A DNA stretch of 62,112 bases, the filler included, from Collodictyon triciliatum (taxonomy: Eukaryota): the NCBI GenBank assembly GCA_043381765.1. It is 3 parts of 3 records of this genome, joined end to end, with 100 filler letters (N's around TTAATTAATTAA, not from the genome) between each part and the next. Parts side by side here need not be neighbours in the genome. Positions count along the whole stretch, not along the records: positions 28,430 to 51,906 come from JBHJMP010000032.1; positions 52,007 to 62,112 come from JBHJMP010000036.1; 1 more part is not named here. The stretch is one strand, 5' to 3'. A program made the translations under genes and the position numbers. Below are positions 50,501 through 62,112 of the stretch, in pieces. Under the pieces are notes generated by a model. It ran no database searches. It worked only from the letters and a program-made list of their open reading frames with translations, and had not been told where the DNA came from. The number at the start of each line of letters is the position of its first letter. The first letter of the stretch is position 1.

Positions 50501-51448
50501 TTTGACGTTTGTTTGTGTTCGCTGCAGTGTTTTGGGATGTGTTTCGGGTGTGCGATTTACCAGGGCAAATGGGTCCACACGTTCGGGTGAGATGATGCGA
50601 TTGCGTCGGCGCATGCGATATTCATCCTCTCGGTCGATGATTCGCTGTGCGCGATGCTGCTTGAATGGCTGTAACAAGATGATGGGTACATGAATTTGTT
50701 GCTGAGGAATCGATTGGATACCAGTCAGGAGTCCAAAAGCATGATTTTTCTTCCTGTTTTTTTTTATTATTATTATTATTGGCATGGTATTGCTGCTTAC
50801 GTCATCGTCATCAGCAGACGCAGGTACGTCTTCGAGCATCGCCTGGGAAATGGAGTACGCGGCGCGGGATTTGCGTGCACTGTTTGGGTTCGAGTAAGTG
50901 GCCGTTTATGGTGAAAAAAAAATGTAGCAAGGCTGAAGGATAGCACCCAAATCAAAGGTGGTGGGATAGAAAGAGACAGATTGGATTGGAAAAAGAGGAG
51001 GGTAACCTGGTCTCATAATCGCCTTCTCCGTCCTCGTCATCCATGGCGATCGAGGTGGCATACTGTGATTTATCCTTGCTGGTATACAGGTCCTCATCGA
51101 ATGAGATTTTAGACGAAAGAGATATCTACAGCATGGGCCGACGTTAGGAGAATATGTCATTTCAGTCAAATTCACCCTCACTCTGCAAGTATTATTTTCT
51201 TTCCTCTTTTTTCAGAATAATAGTTCATATTTTGATTGCATGGGCTCTAGTTCTGTTTCATCGGTTAGTCTTTACCCTCACAACTGTATTGTAGAGGTTT
51301 ACGAGAACCCAAAAAAAAAAAAGAAAGAGGGAGGAATGAGAAGAAAAGGGGTGCTAATGTTATTATTCTGTTCACTTACGCCCTCTGGCTGAGCTGCACG
51401 CTGTTGCTGCGTCTTTCGAATCTCTTCCTCGAGTGAATCTGCAGACAT
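45097..51448 (-). CDS. SF3B1: Splicing factor 3B subunit 1 (U2 snRNP HEAT-repeat protein), complete
   Basis: RWD/TP repeats, [79 protein letters not shown], ends ELDIVL-TAA; all introns GT-AG. Confidence 0.98.
47295..47440 (-). repeat. Near-identical copy of SF3B1 exon 1 and flanks (51347-51490) inside an SF3B1 intron
   Basis: Direct alignment; differs by a 2-nt insertion (gcacagacat vs gcagacat) and one substitution (agtattgac vs agtaatgac). Confidence 0.9.
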
Positions 51449-51906
51449 ACGACAACAATGAGTACGAAATAGTAATGACTTAAAAAAAAAGGGAATATGC
51501 TCGAAAGTGTGTATTTGTTTCGCCAATCTTTGCTGGAATGTATATGTCAATTAAATGGTTGGGCAAGTTTGTCGCAAGTGTTTAAGTTCTTGTAGCTTCA
51601 TCTTGGCTTTTGAGAGAGCAGACGGTGGAAGATCAAGTTACTAACCAGCCATAGAACCGTCGTGACGTTTCCTCCTACACCAAGCCAGTTATTGTATTTG
51701 TTTTTAATGCAACTATTATTGCTATTCTTATTGCTTCTCTTATTTCTGAAGAAGTGTGGATCAGTGAAGCTTTTTTTTGTTGTTTTTTTGTTTTTTTGTT
51801 TTTTTGTTTTTTTGTTTTTGTTTTTGTTTTTTTGTTTTTGTTTTTTTGTTTTTGTTTTTTTGTTTTTGTTTTTTTGTTTTTGTTTTTTTGTTTTTGTTTT
51901 TTTGTT

Positions 51907-52006
51907 NNNNNNNNNNNNNNNNNNNNNNNNNNNNNNNNNNNNNNNNNNNNTTAATTAATTAANNNNNNNNNNNNNNNNNNNNNNNNNNNNNNNNNNNNNN
52001 NNNNNN
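51907..52006. other. Artificial contig-joining spacer N44-TTAATTAATTAA-N44
   Basis: Same linker as at 28330. Confidence 0.95.
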
Positions 52007-52151
52007 TTCTTCTTCTTCTTCTTCTTCTTCTTCTTCTTCTTCTTCTTCTTCTTCTTCTTCTTCTTCTTCTTCTTCTTCCTCTTTTTCTTCTTTTTCTTCT
52101 TTTTCTTTTTTGGAATTCAACGCACTTATTTATGTTTGCGACGGAGAGTAG

Positions 52152-54646
52152 GTATACTGTCACCCTCAAACTCTTGTCTTTGTAATAAACGGAAACCCAA
52201 AAGATGATGCGTGAGTGATTCGCTTTTGGATTATATGATTATGATGTGCATGCATTCATATACATATATATTGTTGACTAGCGTGCTATAGCATATCTCT
52301 GTAGAGCCAGACAATATCTGAATAACCCTATTCACATTTATTCAGCCGCTACGTCGACATTTTGAAAGAGGCTGGCATTGTACATCTACCAAGAGTCATC
52401 ACGAACGAAGTGAATGCCACAGAGAGGTTTTTCCTTGATATTTAGATTGGACTGGCTTCATCACATATCAAGAATCAGCAGCCACGTATGAACTATTTTT
52501 CCGCTAGACAGGAGCTTTACCAAGGTGGAGGAGTCTTCATGATTACATCTCGAATTCTGATTGTGGATTTTCTGAACCAAAGAATACCAAAAGAGAAACT
52601 GAATGGACTCATCATTCTTAACGCTCATATGTAAGAAATACGCATTTATGAATTTCTCGGCTGTGCACGCGTTACTTTAAAAATATTTGAAAGAAATCTG
52701 TTGCCTCATGTTTACACATATATACTAAATTCACTATAGGATTACCGAAACATCTACAGAGGCATTCATATTGAGAATATACCGAGAGCAAAATAAGGTT
52801 ATATATTATGAACGTCACTTCTTTTTGTCTCAGGACGGTACAAACTGTCATCGTTTCGTAATATATTGTCTTTGCTTTTAACAAAATATCCTTTATTTAT
52901 TTTTAGACTGGATTCATCAAAGCTTTCACAGAGCATGCAGAATCGTTGGTTGGATCCCTTATGAAGATGGAAAAACTTCTCAAGATAATATTTCTGAAAA
53001 ACATTTACTTATGGCCAAGGTTATACTCTTAAATATTTTTTTAAAAGAACTCAATTACTTTTCTTTTCTACACCCTGCTTCAATATGATTCGGTTCTTCA
53101 ATTGCTTCGATGCGCGAAGGAAAATAACCACTCCGGTGATAATTCATATTAATAAGTGTGTATGACATGCAGGTTCCATCTCTTGGTATGCGAATCATTG
53201 GAAAGAAATCAGGTACTAAATACTGTCAATTTCGCGATTGTGTATATTATATCCATTCAAATTCTATGTTTCATCGTCACTAAAAATATCGACTAAACAT
53301 GTATTTTTTTTTTTAATAAAAAAAAAAATAACAGCCTGAGGTTATTGAAATAAATGTGGAACTAACCCCATGTATGAAAGAGAATGATTTTAATACCCAC
53401 ATCATAATATATTTATGAATATAGTAAAAATAAATATATTGTCATGTTAATTATCCGCAAACATAGCCATGCTGAAAATGCAAAACCTGATTGTCGAGAT
53501 GATTGCATCCTGCTTGTCAGAACTCAAGCAAACAAATAAGGTTAAATCAAAAAAATATGTTGCAAATTCCATTTGCATATTTTTCTTTGAGTCACTTTTA
53601 TGCAATAAATTCAAGTTATATTTTTAAAGCAAGGTTTTTGAATTTTCGCCCTGTTAAATAGATTGTTATCCGTGATTTCTCTGTTGAAAACTGCCTATTC
53701 AAAAGCTTTGATAGGTAACTGCAAATTTTATCAATGTGCATACCTTCTTATTATATATTCCTCCATTCGAAGAAAAAAGTATCACTTCGCTATGTGTAAT
53801 TCATTTTTGAACGAAAGGGTCACGTGCAAATTTTTGATTAAACGCCTCATTTTAGCATCATTCGTAACCAACTCGACCCTATTTGGCACACTCTCGGACT
53901 GAAAACCAAGGCGCTGGTATCTGATTTGAAGACACTAAGGAAGTTATTAAAGTAAAAGAGATAACATAGAATTAATTCAAAGCGATAATTTGAAGTGAAT
54001 ATCATAACTTCAGTCAAATAACACTCATACAATCCTAATGTGAACGCCTCCTTCCTTTTTTTAGCTACGTTACAAAGTACGATTGTGTTACATTTTTGGG
54101 CTATCTAGAAAGTGTTAGAGCCAGCGAAGGACCCCACGGTTCAAGCAGATGGCTCTATCTTGACCAAGCCCCAAAAGTTTTCCAGGTTTCTGGGCTACAT
54201 CTTATTGAAATGAACAGGAAGACATACGAATCCAGTAGATAAGGTTGGTGACCTGATATTTCGTATTTTCATTCAACCAGATCGCCCGAAATCGAGTCTA
54301 TAGCGATTCGAACGGCAAGGAAGGTATGTCTATGCTAACCCCTCGTTCCACTTTTTTTTCTATCTATCTTGTTGTATGATAGTTATATTTACAAGAAGGC
54401 TAATAATGTTGAATGCTTTATTTTGGTGCTTATTTCCTTACTGTTTCTCCAGCTTTACAGAAGGTTTTAGAGCCAAATCCGAAGTGGGAAGTTGTGGGGG
54501 ATGTGCTGCAGGAAATTCAAGAGGAGTCGATGAAAGGTAATATATGCCTCCTTCAATATTCGAAGTGTTCGCCCTCCTCTCCTTTAAAAAAAATAATAAT
54601 CAAAATGCACACTCTATCTTGTTCGCGTTTTTATTTATTTATCTAT

Positions 54647-54743
<97 letters not shown>

Positions 54744-56796
54744 TTTCCTTGAAGCCTTCGGAAAAGTTCTGCCCAATTCCGTTCTTATTATTGTGAAGGA
54801 TGAAAGAACAAGGCGACAACTACATGTACTGAATTCCATCGTTCCCTTGTTTTTATTTCTTCCATACCTTCACAAAGTGCACCCGAATGAAATGAACTTG
54901 TTCAGCTTGTGCCAAACAATCCCTTCTCATTTGTACTCACTAGGATTACTTATCCAACGGTGTCGAAAAAATGTTGGAGAACAAATTCAGATACTTCCAG
55001 CAGAGAAGAGATGTTGGTAGTCGTATATCAACCGATGTACCGTTAGGTTTAAGGGCCTTTAATTTTTAAAAGCTAGCTTTCAATAGTCAACCGTGACTTG
55101 AAGTGGAAAATTTTGTTTTACTGAAGATAATTTTTACAAGGCTACCTTTCAAATAACTGTTCTAGTATTTCAATTAGATGCTGCTCCCGACCATGTACCA
55201 ATACAAGAGAATCTTAGAGTTGCTCAGACTCGGGGCCGTGGTAGAGGAACTCAAGCAAGGTATGAATTTTATTTTATTTTGCATTTCACATCTGCTTAAT
55301 ATCTAACGCAAAACTGCATGATCAAGCCTCAACTTCTAGAAACGATGTACTTAAAATGCTAATTTGTCCTCAAAGCAACGGGAAGATGACAAAAAAGAAA
55401 ATGACTTCGGCAGAGATGTTGCGAAACACGTTGATTCCCTACTTGTAATTCCGCTATTTATTACTCTGTTAATATACATAAATGCAGTGATATGATAAGT
55501 TTCCCAGAATATTTATCTGTATTCTAACTATAATGACAAAATTTCGAGGAAACCAAGCAGCAACACCTCGGGAACACCTGCCAGACCATCCGATGCAGAG
55601 AATGACCAAAAGCATGAGGTTAAATTCGCATATTGTCAATTCTGATGATAGTGCGCTTATCAAACGTTGACATAGGAAGAAGTCTCTCTTTTCTTTGAGG
55701 AGGACCCGGAAGTTTTGGGCCAACTTCCGGAGCATATCCACATCGTTTTAGTAGGTTAGAAAAATGAGCTGATTACGTGGTAGCATTCATTATTATGGTC
55801 GCGACATTCCAAGTGAATCTCAACTGAACGCCAATTAGACGAAATCGAATCGCATTTGAAAGTATTGAGTCCTGTATTTGTTATATTCTTCGATTCGAAT
55901 GTAAGGATTGTGCGCCTTTTCGAGGTATGAGGCTAAAGCAATCAACTATTCATTAAGATTGTACCTATGTTTCGTGGACTACAGGAACTTTATTTTGTCC
56001 CTCAAGAAAGTGAGAAAAATACTGAAAATATTTTTTGGGGCTGAAAAAAGCTAAATATTAAATAGTTAACGATTGTCAGGTATACAAAGCACGAAATCCA
56101 GGAAGTAATCTTCGAATATACTTCTTGACTTATGAAAAATCGGTCGAACAACAAAAGTATTTGAGCTCTACGAAAAGAGAAAAAGACAGCTTTGACCAAC
56201 TGATAAAATCAAAATCGGTATTTCCTAGCTTATGGCCAGCAAGTTAATTTACTGCCTACAAGGCAACTTTCAGCTATTTATGAATGAATTGATATCTCAA
56301 CAGACTATGCTTGTCGACTTTGAGCAAGACGGAAAACTGGAGAATTTTTCTCCGACAAAAGCACTCCTTCCCCTTGGAGCGCCAAAACAAAATGAAGTAC
56401 CACAGGTCCTCATTATTAATTAATGCACAAAAAGCACTGAGGTTAATTGCCATAGTTGTAATCAGACAAAGTCAAATCGATGAAATGTGTAGGTTATTGT
56501 AGACATCCGAGAATTCCGAAGCGCACTCCCTTCATTATTGCAAGGTCGAGGAATTAGAATTGTTCCTGGTAATCCCATCAGTTCTATATGATGTTGCACG
56601 ACCGCACTCTTCTGAGAAGGGACAGTAATGAACATCATGGTATTATTATTATTATTATTATTTTTCAGTTACGTTAGAAGTTGGTGATTATGTGCTCAGC
56701 CCAGAAATATGCGTGGAGCGTAAAAGTATAGTTGACTTATTCGGTTCTTTTGCATCAGGGAGATTGTGAGTGAATTATTTGGAAGATTGTTCTCGG

Positions 56797-56892
<96 letters not shown>

Positions 56893-58717
56893 TTCAAACA
56901 TAGTGTCACAAAACTAATCTTAATATCTCGTCACTTGAATATCAACCGTCTCATATTGTGNNNNNNNNNNNNNNNNNNNNNNNNNNNNNNNNNNNNNNNN
57001 NNNNNNNNNNNNNNNNNNNNNNNNNNNNNNNNNNNNNNNNNNNNNNNNNNNNNNNNNNNNTTTTTTTTTTTTTTTTTTTTTTTTTTTAGATTTACTGAAA
57101 AAAATTTATCTGTGTCAGGTATACCCAAGCTGAAACGATGACAAAATTCTATAAATTTCCTATTCTATTGATTGAATTCGAACAATCGAAATCCTTTTCG
57201 TTACAAGTAAAATTTATTATGAGAACAGAGCTGAAACTACTCTAATCACTTATACCTTTCTTGCATTGTTTATTTATTTTGCATTGGTTATCATTCTTTT
57301 CCTGTATTTGATTCAAAGACTTTAGACTGATTACATAAATATGTTTTCAGTCCACCTCAGATATCCCGCCTGATATCTCGCCAGCAAGTATAAATTCAAA
57401 GGTTAGGAACAAGCAAGTCTGGCGCATGTGGAATGTGAACTATCAGTTGTTTACGACGTGAAAATAATACTCAAATGTTTATGACCGATTCCGATTCGCC
57501 TATCCTCGCAGATTTCTCTGTTGTGTCTTCATTTCCCAACCCTTCGTATTGTCTGGAGTCGCTCTCCTCATCATACAGCAGAGCTCTTTGAGAAAATGAA
57601 GGTAGAGTATTTATGGCATTTTTTATTTCCAATTATGCTGTGATTGTTTTATGCCACAACCAAGTCCATCTTTTTCGCTTTTTGAAAGAATTATCAATAC
57701 TTTGTCCTTCGGAGTTCTTTTTTCGAACACTGTAAGTTAATAATGTCACCATACTCTGGCTTGCTTTGTGTACGAACCGCACAAATACCTGACACCAGAA
57801 ACATCACGACGAACCCGACGCTGCGGTGGCAATGTCTGTCGGCGTTGAAGGAGACAACACGAATGAATACAACGCCGGACCCCACGAAGTCCTCAAACGA
57901 ATCCCTGGAATCACACCGCAAAACATATGGGCTGTCATGAACAGAGTTGAAAACCTTTCAGAACTAAGCAAGGTAACTGTGAAGGATTGTCTCTTTTTTT
58001 CTTCTTTTTTCTTTTTTCTTCTTTTTTCTTCTTTATTTCTTTTTTATTTCTTTTTTATTTCTTTTTTATTTCTTTTTTATTTCTTTTTTATTTCTTTTTT
58101 ATTTCTTTTTTATTTCTTTTTTATTTCTTTNNNNNNNNNNNNNNNNNNNNNNNNNNNNNNNNNNNNNNNNNNNNNNNNNNNNNNNNNNNNNNNNNNNNNN
58201 NNNNNNNNNNNNNNNNNNNNNNNNNNNNNNTTCTTCTCTTTTCTTCTCTTTTCTTCTCTTTTCTTCTCTTTTCTTCTCTTTTCTTCTCTTTTCTTCTCTT
58301 TTCTTCTCTTTTCTTCTCTTTTCTTCTTTCTCTTTTTCTTTTCCTCTCTTTTCTTCTTTCTCTTTTTCTTTTCTTCTCTTTTTCTTTTCTTCTCTTTTTC
58401 TTTTCTTCTCTTTCTCTTTTTCTTTTCTTCTCTTTTTCTTTTCTTCTCTTTTTCTTTTCTTCTCTTTTTCTTTTCTTCTCTTTTTCTTTTCTTCTCTTTT
58501 CTTCTTTTTTTATCTTTTTCTGCTATCTTTCGATTGGTATACTCCCAGCAGGATATAAAATGTCATTGTTGTGCGGTTTTGACGGGCTCCGCGCAGACAA
58601 ACCAGCTTGCTCATCCCATAATCAAAACAGATGGCACACAGGGAACTGAGCGCGCTTGTCGGTTCACGCAACGCAACACTTGTGCACGACTTCTTCAATA
58701 AAGCAGCATACTCATAG
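52152..58717 (+). CDS. ERCC4: DNA repair endonuclease XPF (Rad1/Rad16), 5'-truncated
   Basis: [82 protein letters not shown], HhH LKRIPGI; ends AAYS-TAG. Confidence 0.95.
54630..54742. repeat. (TATT)n intronic microsatellite
   Basis: Direct reading. Confidence 0.95.
56799..56891. repeat. (TAT)n intronic microsatellite
   Basis: Direct reading. Confidence 0.95.
57990..58520. repeat. Pyrimidine-rich compound repeat (TTTTTATTTC / TTCTTCTCTT) in the last XPF intron, gapped
   Basis: Direct reading. Confidence 0.9.
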
Positions 58718-58889
58718 CCGAACACGCGACGCGCGCACCGCCGCTAAAGAGCCACACATAAAGCTCGCGAGTTGTTTGGAGAAGAAGAAAAAGAAAAAGA
58801 CAGGCAAAGTACCGCGACAACATCAGCTCCTGACAGCTTGTTTTACATAAGAGAGAAAGAAAGTAGTATCTCTCACGCAAGACTGCAGC

Positions 58890-60944
58890 ATGGCCGGCAG
58901 CGCGATCGACGGAGTTGCAACGCAAACACTGCCCATACTTTCTCCGTCCGAGTGGATCTTTGGCGATTGCCTCCGCAGCCAACCAACCCAAAGTCTCTTT
59001 GCGCTCACATCACAGAGCGGTGAAGCACACATCGCGCAGGAGGTCAGGTTACTCGAGTCCAGTGACTTTGCCTTCGGCCAACCAGAAAACTCGTGCAAAG
59101 ACAGTTTCGAAGAACAAAGGCACGTTTTCTTGCATCCACGCATCGTCCCTGCTGTTGGTCTTCTCCTTCCAGACCTTTTGCGCGACAGAACCTTCCTAGT
59201 GTATGGCCCAGCAAAGCCAGAGAGCGTCATGGACATCATGATGGGCGTCAGGAAAGATGCCGTAGGCCTTGGATTAGATCATACTCTGCGCATCCTCCAT
59301 GATCTCTTCTGTGCTATCAGTGAAGTGGGGGATGCATCTCTCTATCTTTCTCTTCACCCGAGAAATGTTATTGTAGATCCTCTCGGTAAAGTGTGTTTTC
59401 TCTCACCGCTTGTGTATCCGTCATATCTTTCTAACGACGGTGGCTACGCAATAAGAACTCTTTTTGATGCACCCGATCACATGCGTTTTACTCCTTCATT
59501 TCATGATCTAAGGTTGCCGAATACTGACCATGGTGAGAAAACTCTCGATGGGCCTGATGCTGTATTGAGAGCCAGCAAACGCCATGTTCATGCTTTGGGC
59601 TTGATTGCTGCCTATTTGATGCTTGGGCCTCGAAAAGTATTTGATAAGGAGGACATGCATATCAGCACAACGGACCGGTCAGAGGCATACCAATCGATCA
59701 TTGCTGATTTAACATTAAGTTCTCGGGAACTTGCTAATTTTGTCTCTAAAGCTCTAGATGAAAATCCTGAATGCAAGCCTGCAATGTCGACCTTTCCCGA
59801 GTGGATTCATCGCATCCGACTCCTTTCAGAAATCCCAGTAGAAAAGTTTTTTAACATGAATATAGAAGAACTATGTGCATTTTTGCGCAAAATACGTTTG
59901 GGGTATTTGGCTGATGTTGTTATAGAAGAGGGTATTGTCCCGAAATATTTAGCCCAAATTACTGATGATATTCTGTCAGATGAACCCTTCAATCTTTCTG
60001 AGTGCGATATTGGTATATTACGCCCCTACTTGATACCTCCAGACGAATTCTTAGCATACGCCGAAAAGGCTAGAATTCTCAAGCTCCAGGAAGAGCTGTC
60101 TGAAACCCGGCAAGGAACTGAATTGGTGCATGATTCTCAAGTTATTCAAGGAAATAGTGTGATGAGCATTGAGCTTCCATCTAAAGACGAACCTGACAAT
60201 CTCATCGAGGTTATAGATGAGGTTTCCCATCTTTTCGCTGATTCGCTCGAACGAAAACTTCGACGTTTGATTGTGCTTTGGAGTAGTCATGGAGAATGTC
60301 CTCTTCTACCTCTTGGTATTCGCTTATTGGTGATTGTTCAGCCGACACTCTCGATGCTTCTACCAAAGACTGAGTGTACTTCATCTGAAGATGCAATGCT
60401 GAGTCTATCCAGGGGGTTGTCTATGAATGCCAAAATGGCCGGTGATTACCAAAGAATAATGGATATTGCAAAAGCGAGAGGAAGCATGACGTTCTGCATG
60501 CAACTTGTTTTGTCTCAGGGTTGCTATTGGATTCTCAACTCACCTGATCAAAGCAAACATCTTTTGTGCAACCTTATCTGTTTGTACGAAGAAAAAAGCA
60601 AGGCGTCACAAATGCCCCCTGAAGACGATACAGCATATCTCCTTGCCTTGACGTTTGCAGGCATAGACGCTCTTTACAAGCCTGATGAATCGGGGCTTTG
60701 CAATGCACCCCAAGGATTTCGCCAATTGAGCAAAGCTATGAGCTTCCGGTCTAAAAATCACCTTCCCGATACTCTGCTTCATAGTGGCATCTGTCTCATC
60801 GACGGCCGCGGAGTCCTTTCCAATCCCGTGGAGGGTTGTCGCCTGATTCGGGCCGCGGCAGATGTTGGGCATCCCGAGGCCAAGCGCATTCTTTCCTGCC
60901 TAGCGAGCGTCTCGCCTTACGATATAATCCTCCAAAAACTATAA
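58890..60944 (+). CDS. Intronless 684-aa protein: pseudokinase, SAM domain, helical region, C-terminal SEL1-like repeat
   Basis: LHPRIV, LSLHPRNVIVD, HVHALGLIAAYLMLG, LDENPECKP (kinase fold); MNIEELCAFLRKIRLGYLADVVIEEGI (SAM); GICLIDGRGVLSNPVEGCRLIRAAADVGHPEA (SEL1). Confidence 0.8.
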   Translation: MAGSAIDGVATQTLPILSPSEWIFGDCLRSQPTQSLFALTSQSGEAHIAQEVRLLESSDFAFGQPENSCKDSFEEQRHVFLHPRIVPAVGLLLPDLLRDRTFLVYGPAKPESVMDIMMGVRKDAVGLGLDHTLRILHDLFCAISEVGDASLYLSLHPRNVIVDPLGKVCFLSPLVYPSYLSNDGGYAIRTLFDAPDHMRFTPSFHDLRLPNTDHGEKTLDGPDAVLRASKRHVHALGLIAAYLMLGPRKVFDKEDMHISTTDRSEAYQSIIADLTLSSRELANFVSKALDENPECKPAMSTFPEWIHRIRLLSEIPVEKFFNMNIEELCAFLRKIRLGYLADVVIEEGIVPKYLAQITDDILSDEPFNLSECDIGILRPYLIPPDEFLAYAEKARILKLQEELSETRQGTELVHDSQVIQGNSVMSIELPSKDEPDNLIEVIDEVSHLFADSLERKLRRLIVLWSSHGECPLLPLGIRLLVIVQPTLSMLLPKTECTSSEDAMLSLSRGLSMNAKMAGDYQRIMDIAKARGSMTFCMQLVLSQGCYWILNSPDQSKHLLCNLICLYEEKSKASQMPPEDDTAYLLALTFAGIDALYKPDESGLCNAPQGFRQLSKAMSFRSKNHLPDTLLHSGICLIDGRGVLSNPVEGCRLIRAAADVGHPEAKRILSCLASVSPYDIILQKL

Positions 60945-61097
60945 ACATTCGATAGATTCCCTCGCCATGGTAAGCCCCTGAATCTATTCCTGCTGGCAGG
61001 CATCCGTAAGTGATAGAGAGCATCGGCTAAATGATGTACCTTGGCACCTCGTCATCAGGAAATGCATAGTGCAGAACGAAGAGCATTGGACTTAACG

Positions 61098-61203
61098 TGC
61101 CTTGGCTATCGGCTGGCCTTTCTTTTCTTTTCTTTTCTTTTCTTTTCTTTTCTTTTCTTTTCTTTTCTTTTCTTTTCTTTTCTTTTCTTTTCTTTTCTTT
61201 TCT
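61098..61203. repeat. (TTTTC)n repeat
   Basis: Direct reading. Confidence 0.95.
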
Positions 61204-61405
61204 TTATTTACTTTCGACACAATTCGTGAACTTCCCACAACACGAAAATGCTGCAAACCGCCATAAAACAACTACTCGAGTCTTCAAGTTAATCTTTTCG
61301 CACCGCTGCTGCGCCGTCAAAAGAAGAAGACAGAACAAAACGCAAAGCAACAGAGGTCACCTTTACCAACAGGTAACAAAAGAGCTCCAGCCAAGAAAAC
61401 TGAGT

Positions 61406-61954
61406 ATGAGCAAAGACAGCGCCGCCGACTCTGGTTTGTCCCTTTGTCTTTAAGACAGGCTGCAACACTCGGCCAGCTGTCTTTTCCATTATTTCATCAG
61501 CGTCTTCTTTCTTGTCTTTCTTATCTCTTTACTACGTATAATATCTGCCTTGTGGAAGCATACCTTCATTACTTGTTTGTCTGCTCACAGCCCCGGTTCT
61601 TTCCTCTGTCTGGTTGTTGTTTTGTTGGTTTTCGAAACGCCTTGGCCTCATATCACATCATTATGCCTATGCCTTATGTGCAATCCTTCTTCATGTCTGG
61701 CGACTTTAGCCGCAGCTATTGTCGGGCCGGACGGGACAGTCTACGACATTCATTACCGCCCGGTTTCCTCTGCCACAGTCCCGTCGGATAAACTCACGGC
61801 TTTGCCTGAACCTGAGCATTTTGAGACGCTGATCGACTATGAACAGGCCCTTCTGTTGTGGAAGGAGCAGACGGAATCGTTGGTGGGCGCTCTGCATTTG
61901 CCTATTCTTGTTGGCAGACACTATTGCCGACCGCGCATATCGTTCTTTGCGGAT
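61406..61954 (+). CDS. 5' exons of a gene running off the window; resembles the N-terminus of Sca1-complex scaffold (ScaA)-like proteins
   Basis: Exon 61710-61954 reads AIVGPDGTVYDIHYRP...LPEPEHFETLIDYEQALLLWKEQ...LPILVGRHYCRPR, flanked by tttag and gtgagt; start codon and family call are tentative. Confidence 0.5.
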
Positions 61955-61997
61955 GTGAGTTTGTGTTTTGTGCTGGACGTTGTATCATGCTATGAGT

Positions 61998-62112
61998 TAT
62001 TTTTGATTTCTTATTTTTTATTTCTTATTTTTTATTTCTTATTTTTTATTTCTTATTTTTTATTTCTTATTTTTTATTTCTTATTTTTTATTTCTTATTT
62101 TTTATTTCTTAT
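61998..62112. repeat. (TTTTTTATTTCTTAT)-type intronic tandem repeat
   Basis: Direct reading. Confidence 0.9.

Overview
Intron-rich genomic DNA of a flagellated microbial eukaryote, standard genetic code (TAA, TAG and TGA all end genes). The window is three unlinked pieces joined by artificial N44-TTAATTAATTAA-N44 spacers (28330-28429, 51907-52006). All genes were spliced by hand. They are CFAP74, a cysteine-rich multi-pass membrane protein, a ZC3H3/Red5-like CCCH protein, a 5'-truncated NACHT-TPR-pentapeptide-WD40-SEL1 NLR-like gene, a coronin 5' end, a 13-kb Kelch/CUB/EGF receptor, an intronless multi-TM orphan, SF3B1, XPF/ERCC4, an intronless pseudokinase-SAM-SEL1 gene and the start of a possible ScaA-like gene. 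Three observations stand out. (1) The NLR-like gene encodes one TPR per 126-nt phase-2 exon, carries a duplicated unknown domain inserted into the TPR array, and ends in an intronless HET-E-like WD40 exon with variable positions. (2) The receptor's three catalytic-type domains (kinase, cyclase, kinase) all look dead, and its Kelch blades sit on phase-1 exons. (3) SF3B1 is locally divergent across the HEAT repeats around the K700/G740 cancer hotspots. Family assignments come from motif recognition, not database searches.
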